From the human T2T-CHM13v2.0 reference genome, Homo sapiens, in assembly GCF_009914755.1 (NCBI RefSeq), contig NC_060932.1: 64,000 bases of DNA; one strand, 5' to 3'. Each line of letters opens with the position of its first letter. Positions within the stretch are counted from its first letter, which is position 1. A program made the translations under genes and the position numbers. Positions 41,906 to 54,589 of the stretch are shown here, piece after piece. The notes below the pieces were generated by a model, which did no database searches, was not told where the DNA came from, and saw only the letters and a list, made by a program, of their open reading frames with translations.

Positions 41906-42918
41906 AATTGACATGTAATTTTGAGGGTCATTTTTTCGGATGGCTAGTACATAGCCTGCTGCAGTATACTACAACAAATTATCAAAAAATGAATAGTATC
42001 TATATCCACTAAGGGTACATCAAGAAGGCATATTCATGCATAACAAGAGGAGAAAGTTAGGATAGATATAAAGCATGTCTTGCCTATGGAAATTGTCAGA
42101 GACTAGAATGTCAGGGAAAGATATGGGATCTCCTCCATGAAAAACAAAGGGTAGAGAGAAGAACAGGCAGTTACCTCCTGGGTTTTATTCTGAAGTTTTG
42201 AATCATCTATATGAGATTGATTCTAAATGTCTTCCTCACCTGTACAGTTTGAGTGATGGGCCAGGTTTTCTTCTATCTGAATAACCACTGTGAGATGGCA
42301 GTAGGGGCTCCATGTGGCAAGGTGGCCCAATAGAGAGAAGGCAAAGTGTAGGGGAAGGAAAGTAGCTTTATATTGAAGGAAAGGCAAGAATGAAAAATGT
42401 CTTGGCCAACCTCAAAATGGACACTCAATTAAAGTGTATTTCAGCATTTGTCTTTTATAAATAATATGTTTAAATAAGCACAGCACTTTGGAGAGGCTAG
42501 TCAGAGCTGGCTCCGAGAACAGCTTATCTCCTTTATCTGAGTTTGTTGTTATTAACACAGTTGAGGAGTTGGGCAATTATTGCTTATTTTATTTGTTTTA
42601 TGCAGAAGCTCTTCTTTTGCTTGACTCATCTCATTAACTTAATTATCTACTAGTTAAGTATCACTCAGATGGAAACATGTTTATGCTGAGTATTCTTAAA
42701 TGGATAATGTAGTGTGTCAGGAGATGGGTTTGGTAAAAGTAGAAAAAAATAAAAGTTGAGGCTCAGCCTTTCATGAGAATGCAAAGAATCACATTTTTTT
42801 CCCTCCAGTTTCTGATTTTGTTAAAAAGGAGGAAAGAGGTTTCAGTCAAATTTAAATCAAATTTAGAAGAACTCTGTTTAGACACAGTATATTAGTCCAT
42901 TCTCACACTGTTATAAAG

Positions 42919-43381
42919 TGTAGCAGTACGAGCCGCAGACAAGAACCCCTCAGACACCGAGTTGTGGAAGGAAAGGGCTTTATTCAGCTGGGAGCATCAG
43001 CGGACTCATGTCTCCAAAAACTGAGCTCCCTGAGTGAGCAATTCCTGTCCCTTTTAAGGGCTTACAGCTCTAAGGGAGTCTGCACGAGAGGGTCGTGATC
43101 CATTGAGCAAGCAGTGGGTACATGACTGGGGGCTGCATGCACCTGTAATCAGAATGGAACAGAACAGGACAAGGATTTTCACAGTGCTTTTCCATACAAT
43201 GTCTGGAATCTATAGATAACATAACCGGTTAGGTCAGGGGTCGATCTTTAACTACGAGGCCTGGAATGCAGCATGGGGCTGTTTGACTGCTGATTTCATT
43301 TCTGTCTTTTCTTTAACTCCTACTTTTTCTCTGAGGCAGAAATTGGGAATAAGACAATACGAGGGGTGGTCTCCTCCCTTA
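42919..43381 (-). mobile_element. LTR2 (HERV-E/Harlequin) solo LTR
   Basis: Minus strand starts TAAGGGAGGAGACCACCCCTC and ends ...GCTACA; 463 bp; 4-bp TSD AAAG on both sides. Confidence 0.85.
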
Positions 43382-45731
43382 AAAGAACTGCTCAAGTGCT
43401 TTATATGACTCATAGTTCTGCAGGCTATACAGGAAGCATGGCTGGGAGGCCTCAGGAAACTTACAATCATAGTGAGGCAGGAAAATAGGGTCTAGATGCA
43501 GGGAACATAAGGCTGATTCACACTTCAGCTATGATAGGAAATATCCTCTCTACAGGATGTAGGCCAAGTAAATGACTTTGTAACTTTACTTCATCCTCCT
43601 CATTTACATAGGGTGTACCCCAGGTAACCAATAGAATCCTCTGGAGGGTATTTAAACTCCCAAAAAATCAGTAATGGAGCCCTTAAGCCCCTATGCTTGG
43701 GCCCGCTCCCACACTGTGGAGTGTACTTTCATTTTCAATAAATCCCTTCCTTCCTTGCTTGCTTTGTTTGTGCGTTTTGTCGAATTTTTTCCTTTCCGCC
43801 CCATAGTTTACTGTCTAATGGCAAAGTGGAATGTGTTGCATGTATCCAGGCTTTTGTACTGTGGTTCTAGAAGGGGGCCTGGTTAATGTGTGATGATGTC
43901 CTTTGGTGCTGTTTGGTCCCAGTGCTCTTTGGAGTCTGGGGAGGCTTGGCCTTTAAAAATCAAACGGCCGTGGCGACTGCTTTGCCCAAAATTTTGGTTC
44001 ACAGCCTTCACTGGGTTATCTATTGGGGCAAAGTAAAACCAGCAAGCCTGTATTGCTATCTCATGGCTAAGGTTCCAAGCTATTGGATCTTTGTTTATAT
44101 GTGTGTATATATGTCTAGATGTGTTTATTTGTATGTACCTTATTGTTATATGTTGTGTCTACCAAAATTGGCTTATAAATAAAAGAGTGCTCATAAGTAA
44201 ATAATTCTAAGCAATTTTCAAGCTCACGTGACTTAAAGTATAACTTTACTAAACAAGCTAGCTTTAAAATTATTGGTGGAATAAAAATAGAAATCCCTTC
44301 AGAATTGCCAGCATACATTTTGTCTAAATTTTATGTTTGTCTTTGCTAGATATTTTAAAATGTCAGTGTTAATTCAAGCTGGGAGCTGCTTGGGGTGAGC
44401 CTGCCTCCCATTCTATTTAAAGTCTCACTGAGATAAATGCATATCTGATTGCTTCCTTTGGAAAGGCTAATCAGAAACTCAAAAGAATGCAACCATTTGT
44501 CTCCCACCTACCTGTGATCTGAAAGCTCCCAAACCCCCTCCCCGCTTCGAGTTGTCCCACCTTTCCGGATCAAACCAATGTTCATTTTACATGTGTTGAT
44601 TGACGTCTCAGGTCTCCCTTGTTAAAAGTAAAAAATTGGGTACAGTGAATTGGATAAATGTTTTACGTAAACTTTTGTGTAAGTTAAAATCTTTTAAGTT
44701 ATTTTTGATGCTCATTTAATATGTAGGTCATTTCCAATTAAGAAGGGGTTATGATACAGGGAACTATGTTTCTAAAATTGTGGAGTTGTTCTTATCCATA
44801 AATGCCCATATCTAACAGTTCAGGATTTCTTGCTTTTTAGGGTTACACTAAAGTTTTAGGTTGCTGAGGATAAAATTCTAGTTAACACATAATTCTGTAT
44901 ACAAAATGTGCCAGAAAGGATTGTTATTAGTGGAAAAAAAAAATTTTGTCTAATTCAGAAGTTATTTAAAAGTTATTTATGAAAAGGTTATTTATGAAAC
45001 AATGTAGTAAGGAATCATTAAGTAAGAGAGAAAAATGTGGAAAAGTTTAAATAATATTCTTTAAAACCTGATAGAGAATTGGAGACATTTGGCTAATTTA
45101 CATTTTCATAAAGCTCTTAGTCTTGATTAAAGTAAAGTTAGAAGCTTTGTAAATAAATGCATCAGCAGTTTGGCAATTCTTTTTTTTTTTTTTAATATAG
45201 TTAAGCATGAAGCAGGATTTAGTGTGAAGCCAAATTTCACATACATGCTTGCATTGCTTCACACTATGTTTACTGTTTTGCATGGATAATGCTGGCACTG
45301 GAGTACTTATTGTTCATGTGCCTAAAGTGGATTTCTTGATTGCACAGAACATATAATAATATTGGTGAACTTAAAGATATTAAATTATGTGTCAGGAATA
45401 AAATATTCATTATGTGGGTTTTCTGGGGCCCTAGGTAACACTGTAGCCTCCAGGTAAAATTAAGTAGGAAAATTTAGGGTTGGTTTCTTGTTTGTTTTTA
45501 CTTCTAGTTTTCACTCATTTGCTTTTTATTCTCCTCTGGCTTTGCTTGTATATGCATTTACGTATAACCATGATGTTTTTTAGGTCCTAGTGGAAGACTT
45601 TTATTTGGTTCTGTGAATACTTATTTTGTTTCCTATGCATTTCTAGCAAGTCATCATTCATTCCTTTTATCTGGAATTCCTAGGCTACCTTTTTCAGACC
45701 TGCAGAAATTGATAGAGCACACCAGCCTTTT

Positions 45732-46038
<307 letters not shown>

Positions 46039-46942
46039 TAACCTTTAACTAACTTTTTGGGTTTTAGGCTTCTTGATACTTTAAGCCTATTAAGTATACT
46101 CTCATAAATAGAATTTGAGTCATATTTCTCTCTCTGCCTAATTTCTCCAAAACTTGTAAACCCTTCCTAAATATTCTTAATTCATGGCAATGTGTTTGTT
46201 TGCATACAATCAAGCAGGGTCACTAGGGCCCCGCGGAGAGGGAGAACCCAGAAACCTAGCATGCTGGCAAAAGGGTAAGAATTTCTTATCAGTCAGTCTC
46301 TGGCCTCTTTCTGTGCAAACTGGTTAAATATAAAGTAAAAGTCACTGTTTATTACCTCTGTAAAGTTTTAAACTAATTGGTTTAATAATAAGAAAAACAA
46401 AAATCAAATATTTTGTCAGAAAAGTGAAAAACATAATGACTTTTATTTAGTTCATGTGACTTGAGTAATCTTTGGGAAATGAAGACAGTTTTAAAGATTA
46501 CTGGTAAAATACAAATGTCTTCAAAATGTAAACATGTGGTCTAAATTATGTTCAAATATTAGGTTTGCTAAATGCTTTAAGGACATAAGCTGCTTCTTTG
46601 GCTTTTGAAAATTGTTTAACTTGCCTGCTTTCCATCTAGGTAAGGCCTGGGGACACGTGGAGCTGGCAACACCCCCAGCTATGCTGGAAATAGTCAAACC
46701 TCTCAGAACATAACTTACCAGGTTTTATGTTAGAATTTACCATTATAACATGCAATTTAGACTACTAGAAACAGTTTTACATGCAAGGTGTGTAAGAAGA
46801 GTAGAACGTAGAGTTTTTTTGTAAAACGTTATAAAAGGTTTTCACTTCTTTAAAATTTCTTAGTCATTATTTTGGCAAAATAAATAATTTATGGTAATCT
46901 GGAATTCCAAAATCAAACTTCAGTTTTAAAATTGTCTTTCCT

Positions 46943-47260
<318 letters not shown>

Positions 47261-48023
47261 CTAATGCCTGGCTTTGTGGATGGATCAGAGGGCCCCTGAA
47301 AACATACAAAAAGGAAGTAAACAAGGTTATTTGACATTTTTAGGTACATGGGATTGCCAAAATGATGTTCAGTCTTCTTTAGGTTATGTTTTTTTTTTGT
47401 GAATAATACTAATATATGTTCCAAAATTACATGGGATTTCTAAAATTCTAATGTCTAAGTATATGCTATGTATTATAATTATGGTTATTATGTTAAGTTA
47501 TTGTAAACCACAGCAATAACCAAATTTCCTTGTCAGTGCTATGCACCTAATTTGGAAAAACAAATTAGGTGTATCCAAGAGGATATAAGTCTAATGTTAA
47601 TTAAGCATGGACTCATGGAGAACCAGGATGGCCTCCTTGTCCTTCCTGAGTCCTTAGAGCTTTAATTCTTAAAAGTTCTGCATCCCATGACTCATCATGG
47701 AAAAGATAAAATAATCCAAATTGAATACATTGGTGTGGTGACTTACAAATTACTAACATAGTTTATAACCAATGTTTGATCCCATATTCCTGGAAAAAAC
47801 CATTAAAGCTTCAGGTACATTTGGTCACCTGGTTGGCCAATTAAACATTTTATAAAGGGATTTCATTCAATTGTTATTTTCAATGCATGTTTTCTGGTTG
47901 TATATGTGGGGAAAAGCAAGAGAGATCAGATTGTTACTGTGTCTGTGTAGAAAGAAGTAGACATAGGAGACTCCATTTTGTTATGTACTAAGAAAAATTC
48001 TTCTGCCTTGAGATTCTGTGACC

Positions 48024-48991
48024 TGTGGGGAAAAGCAAGAGAGATCAGATTGTTACTGTGTCTGTGTAGAAAGAGGTAGACATAGGAGACTCCATTTTGT
48101 TATGTACTAAGAAAAATTCTTCTGCCTTGAGATTCTGTTAATCTATAACCTTACCCCCAACCCCGTGCTCTCTGAAACATGTGCTGTGTCAACTCAGAGT
48201 TAAATGGATTAAGGGCAGTGCAAGATGTGCTTTGTTAAACAGATGCTTGAAGGCAGCATGCTCGTTAAGAGTCATCACCACTCCCTAATCTCAAGTACCC
48301 AGGGACACAAAAACTGCGGAAGGCCGCAGGGACCTCTGCCTAGGAAAGCCAGGTATTGTCCAAGGTTTCTCCCCATGTGATAGTCTGAAATATGGCCTCG
48401 TGGGAAGGGAAAGACCTGACCGTCCCCCAGCCCGACACCCGTAAAGGGTCTGTGCTGAGGAGGATTAGTAAAAGAGGAAGGAATGCCTCTTGCAGTTGAG
48501 ACAAGAGGAAGGCATCTGTCTCCTGCCTGTCCCTGGGCAATGGAATGTCTCGGTATAAAACCCGATTGTATGCTCCATCCACTGAGATAGGGAAAAACCG
48601 CCTTAGGGCTGGAGGTGGGACCTGCGGGCAGCAATACTGCTTTGTAAAGCATTGAGATGTTTATGTGTATGCATATCTAAAAGCACAGCACTTAATCCTT
48701 TACATTGTCTATGATGCAAAGACCTTTGTTCACGTGTTTGTCTGCTGACCCTCTCCCCACAATTGTCTTGTGACCCTGACACATCCCCCTCTTCGAGAAA
48801 CACCCACAAATGATGAATAAATACTAAGGGAACTCAGAGGCTGGCGGGATCCTCCATATGCTGAACGCTGGTTCCCCGGGTCCCCTTATTTCTTTCTCTA
48901 TACTTTGTCTCTGTGTCTTTTTCTTCTCCAAATCTCTCGTCCCACCTTACGAGAAACACCCACAGGTGTGTAGGGGCAACCCACCCCTACA
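48024..48991 (+). mobile_element. Inner full-length LTR5_Hs solo LTR (968 bp)
   Basis: Complete TG...CA LTR; 6-bp TSD GTGACC at 48018-48023 and 48992-48997. Confidence 0.96.
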
Positions 48992-49838
48992 GTGACCTTA
49001 CCCCCAACCCCGTGCTCTCTGAAACATGTGCTGTGTCAACTCAGAGTTGAATGGATTAAGGGCGGTGCAAGATGTGCTTTGTTAAACAGATGCTTGAAGG
49101 CAGCATGCTCGTTAAGAGTCATCACCACTCCCTAATCTCAAGTACCCAGGGACACAAAAACTGCGGAAGGCCGCAGGGACCTCTGCCTAGGAAAGCCAGG
49201 TATTGTCCAAGGTTTCTCCCCATGTGATAGTCTGAAATATGGCCTCGTGGGAAGGGAAAGACCTGACCGTCCCCCAGCCCGACACCCGTAAAGGGTCTGT
49301 GCTGAGGAGGATTAGTAAAAGAGGAAGGAATGCCTCTTGCAGTTGAGACAAGAGGAAGGCATCTGTCTCCTGCCTGTCCCTGGGCAATGGAATGTCTCGG
49401 TATAAAACCCGATTGTATGCTCCATCCACTGAGATAGGGAAAAACCGCCTTAGGGCTGGAGGTGGGACCTGCGGGCAGCAATACTGCTTTGTAAAGCATT
49501 GAGATGTTTATGTGTATGCATATCTAAAAGCACAGCACTTAATCCTTTACATTGTCTATGATGCAAAGACCTTTGTTCACGTGTTTGTCTGCTGACCCTC
49601 TCCCCACAATTGTCTTGTGACCCTGACACATCCCCCTCTTCGAGAAACACCCACAAATGATGAATAAATACTAAGGGAACTCAGAGGCTGGCGGGATCCT
49701 CCATATGCTGAACGCTGGTTCCCCGGGTCCCCTTATTTCTTTCTCTATACTTTGTCTCTGTGTCTTTTTCTTCTCCAAATCTCTCGTCCCACCTTACGAG
49801 AAACACCCACAGGTGTGTAGGGGCAACCCACCCCTACA
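48992..49838 (+). repeat. Extra 847-bp tandem unit (GTGACC + 841-bp LTR5_Hs body), chimeric outer/inner
   Basis: 847-bp period, also visible in the repeated ORF track (48275/49122/49969); 5' SNPs match the outer LTR and 3' SNPs match the inner LTR. Confidence 0.93.
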
Positions 49839-51284
49839 GTGACCTTACCCCCAACCCCGTGCTCTCTGAAACATGTGCTGTGTCAACTCAGAGTTGAATG
49901 GATTAAGGGCGGTGCAAGATGTGCTTTGTTAAACAGATGCTTGAAGGCAGCATGCTCGTTAAGAGTCATCACCACTCCCTAATCTCAAGTACCCAGGGAC
50001 ACAAAAACTGCGGAAGGCCGCAGGGACCTCTGCCTAGGAAAGCCAGGTATTGTCCAAGGTTTCTCCCCATGTGATAGTCTGAAATATGGCCTCGTGGGAA
50101 GGGAAAGACCTGACCGTCCCCCAGCCCGACACCCGTAAAGGGTCTGTGCTGAGGAGGATTAGTAAAAGAGGAAGGAATGCCTCTTGCAGTTGAGACAAGA
50201 GGAAGGCATCTGTCTCCTGCCTGTCCCTGGGCAATGGAATGTCTCGGTATAAAACCCGATTGTATTCTCCATCCACTGAGATAGGGAAAAACCGCCTTAG
50301 GGCTGGAGGTGGGACCTGCGGGCAGCAATACTGCTTTGTAAAGCATTGAGATGTTTATGTGTATGCATATCTAAAAGCACAGCACTTAATCCTTTACATT
50401 GTCTATGATGCAAAGACCTTTGTTCACGTGTTTGTCTGCTGACCCTCTCCCCACAATTGTCTTGTGACCCTGACACATCCCCCTCTTTGAGAAACACCCA
50501 CAAATGATGAATAAATACTAAGGGAACTCAGAGGCTGGCGGGATCCTCCATATGCTGAACGCTGGTTCCCCGGGTCCCCTTTTTTCTTTCTCTATACTTT
50601 GTCTCTGTGTCTTTTTCTTTCCTAAATCTCTCGTTCCACCTTATGAGAAACACCCACAGGTGTGGAGGGGCAACCCACCCCTACAGTATAAAAGCTTTCC
50701 TATGCAAGAGGGCTGATGTTATAACAGTAGATTATTATGCTACAGTGTATTTTCACCAGGTAAAGAAAGCTTTTTATGGTTTGGATCTTCTGGAAACATC
50801 AAAGAAAAACTGTCCTTGCCATCCACATTACAACAAAACTTAGGGAGCTTGAGCTTTGAGTTCATAATCTCATAACTGAGAAAGGTACCTTCATGCTCTC
50901 AAAACTGTACACCCATTGGAACCCTTAAGGTAAAACTAACCAGGGAAATTTCTCCCAAGAAGAAAATGGCATCCTTGATGTGAACAGCTTTTCCCAAGTT
51001 CACAGATTAAGACTTCTACTGTCATGAAACTCTTATCTTTGAATATTTTCTCTTGCTTATGCCTCTATGAACAATAGAAGAGAAAAGGGAGTCTGTTATG
51101 TGCACTTATGGGGTGTACTTTGATTTGTAAAGGAGTTTGCAGCCAGCCTTATATATGGATAAACTTATACTTTGATAAATAAAAGATGAAGTCCCAATGT
51201 AGGTAGGAAACTTTAATGGTACATAGGTTGCCTCATAATCAGTCAAAAACAAAACATTAGTTCACTCCTCTTGACCCACAGCAG

Positions 51285-51735
51285 GGGTTAAGGAGAGCAT
51301 TGCCAGGAGGCTTTTGCTCTTCTAGAAGGGCATCATTTGTTAGGTCCTTTTTCCATGTTTTAAAGTAAAAGAAGTAATGATTCCCTCATGATAGGCTCTA
51401 TAGCAAATTCTACTGTAAAGTCTACAGTTACACAACAGACTTCAAATTCTCGTGTGAAAGTTATGTTAGGATTGGCTGAACAAAGAAGTATCTGTGCAGC
51501 TGCTGGCACTTGTGGCCTATGGAGAAATATATCAAATGAAGATCATAGAAATTTGATTGTAGCGGATTAATGAAGAAACTGCTTAGTTAAGTCATTTTTT
51601 GATCTATTTGATTTTAGGTTTGGTTTATGAAGACCTTGGGTAAGGAACATACTCCAAACTCTTGGTATTATCCTCCCAATAGTCATAATAATAGTCTCCC
51701 TGGTACACTGTATTCTCTCAAAGATTTTAAATGCT
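51285..51735 (+). pseudogene. Degenerate retroviral env (TM subunit) relic within MER61-int
   Basis: Broken frames give LRR|ALPGG...FVRSFF, QQTSNSRVKVMLGLAEQRSICAAAGTCGLW and PWVRNILQTLGIILPIVIIIVSLVHCILSKIL (membrane anchor), in the expected order. Confidence 0.6.
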
Positions 51736-53520
51736 TGCATGTAGCCATCTCTAGAATGTCATATGGTCTCTCTTCAACTGGAATGACAAGAGCTGAAAGA
51801 AATGTGCAACCATGAGGACACTGTAACCTATGAATGATGTGCTGAGATGGGAAACCAAAAATGATGGTAACTGAGAGTGGCACTAAGGCCATAAGTTTTG
51901 GTCACAATCTCACCTAAGTGAGAACCTGACCAAAAGGGGGAATTTTTTAAACAAAATTATGGGAGGCCATTATTTTGGACTGAGCTCAGGCACTAGGCCC
52001 CAACAGACCAAACCAAACTAAAATGGAGCCTTTCATGCTAAGACTTTAAGGAAACGCATAGATCCTAGAACACACCACAAATCAGGTTTCATTTTTCTTC
52101 TGCAAATCCCTATAATAAATATTCCTGACAGCATAAGTATCCACCCCCTGAAGTTCCCATTAAATCTTTTAACCAAGTTCTTTTTTTTTTTTTTGCCTAG
52201 AGACCATCAAGCTTCAGACCATCATGCAGCAAGGGCTCTAGCCAGTTCCAGGTGAAGACCCCACCCCGGGCCATCAAGGAGCTTCCCTGCCTCCACTAGA
52301 CAGAGCAGAGTGAGAGTTCCATGATCCCCAATAGGTAGGGGCTACGCCTCAAGCCAGCATGAAGCAGTTACAGAAAAAAAGACCATCAGTTCCTCTGCCT
52401 CCCATGGGGATCACATCTTTCAGCAGGGAGATGAGGCAGAAAAATAAGGTCTGGAGGCAGGGAATTCAAGGCCGATTCACACTTCAGCTATGACAGGAAA
52501 TATCCTCTCCATAGGGTATAGGCCAAGTAAATGACTTTGTAACTTTACTCCTCATTTTCATAGGTTGCACCCCAAGTAAGCAATGGAATCCTCTAGAGGG
52601 TATTTCCCCAAAATTCTGTAATGGGGTCCTTGAGCCCCTATGCTCGGGCCCACTCCCACACTGTGGAGTGTACTTTCATTTTCAATAAATCCCTCATTTC
52701 TTCCTTGCTCTGTTTGTGCATTTTGTCCAATTCTTTGTTCAAGACGCCAAGAACCTGGACACCCTCCACCGGTGACAATGGCAGAAGGTGAAGGGGAAGC
52801 AAGCACATCTTACCATGGCGGATCAGGAGAGAGAAAAGAAGGAGAGTGAGGGGAGAAGTGCCGCACACTTTCAAACAACCAGATCTCCTGAGAACTCACC
52901 CACTATTACGAAAACAGCAAGGGGGAAGTCCGCCCCCATGGTTCAGTGACCTCCCACCAGACCTCTCCTCCAATACATGAGGATTACAATTCGAGATGAG
53001 ATTTGGGTGGGAACACAGAGACAAACTGTATCATACAGTAATCTCAACAAAAGCTTCCAAAAGTTACTTTTGAACATCAGAGATGTAGGATATAGGATTC
53101 TCTCTCTGTCTTGGTAAATTTAATAAAAGTAGATTAACTATAAGATATTGTTAATGAAAGTAATTGACTGTAAGATTCACTGTAAGCTTACAACTATGCA
53201 GAAAGACAAGCTTTTGAATAAAGTTCAGTTATAGATTAAAAATTTAAAAACAACTTATTCTGCACAACAATGCAAGTGCCTAAATTTTGACCTGCAAAAT
53301 AATAAAGAACAGCAGCAAGCTCTACTTGAGGCCAGCTTTAGTTTAATGGAGGACAGTGGCCCTAAAACAAACAAACAGCAAAACAAATGGGGTGAAAAGC
53401 AAAGGTTATTCTGGAACAAAATAACAGAGGATATTGAGGCATAGGCAATTCCCTCCCTCTCTCCCACACTCCTTCCCAGTCATCCCACTAGAACAGAAAC
53501 CTTAAAAAATGGAAGAGAGG

Positions 53521-53846
<326 letters not shown>

Positions 53847-54589
53847 CTATTACAGGAATTAGGGCTCTTAAGTCAACCCATTTAGATTTAGAAGGTATAG
53901 AAAAGGATGACGTGCTTATTGTTTCCTTTTAAACTTATATTCACTGACAGTCTTACCACAAGAAATATAACTACTTCATAATAATATCATTTGATGTTTT
54001 GATGAACAAATAAACAACATATCTTACTCTTGTAAGATACTTACAATATGTAAACACTTTTTATTTTTGCATTTATTGAATATAAACTCTCATATGTTGC
54101 TATTTTCACCTGTTACTACATGCTAAGGAATTCTCAATATTCCTATGGTTATCCTTTTATTTTGAAAGGGCACATAATATTCTATAATGCTTATGTGCTA
54201 TAATTTATTAAAACCATTACCTAATGACAGACATTCATATTTGTTTTCTTTTGGGGGGTAGGGGAGAGAGAGTAGTGTAGAGCTAGTGTATGTAAGCTTT
54301 TGCTTCTATTTAATTATTTGCCTTAAGTTTATTTTACTTTGAAGTTGAACTGACTGGGGTTGCAGATGGTTGGCTTACTTCCATTCCCCACATTCAGTTG
54401 TCTATAAAGGAACAGTTGACTTTTTAAAATGAAAACAAAACTTTGAGTCTCAATTTGAACAATAACAAAATTCTCTTTAATCAAAAGTTAAACAAAAAAG
54501 TGGAGAATTTGAAAAAAGGGCTGCACCAAATTTTTTTATTGTATTTTTAAGCAAACCTTTAATATTTTAAGATTGTATTTTAATTTTAA

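Larger units (their letters stand above)
47905..50685 (+). mobile_element. HERV-K(HML-2) LTR5_Hs complex; outer solo LTR = 47905-48023 + 49845-50685 (960 bp)
   Basis: TGTGGGGAAAAGCAAGAGAG start, ...CCACCCCTACA end; 5-bp TSD GTATA at 47900-47904 and 50686-50690; no PBS or internal genes follow. Confidence 0.96.

Noticed and set aside
48275-50503. Three sets of near-identical ORFs (125, 80, 68 aa) resembling a tandem gene cluster
   Set aside because: They are antisense translations of the repeated LTR5_Hs body; informative only for the 847-bp period.
47905-50685. Full HERV-K provirus or SVA element
   Set aside because: No PBS, gag/pro/pol/env, hexamer, VNTR or poly(A) tail; only LTR sequence is present.
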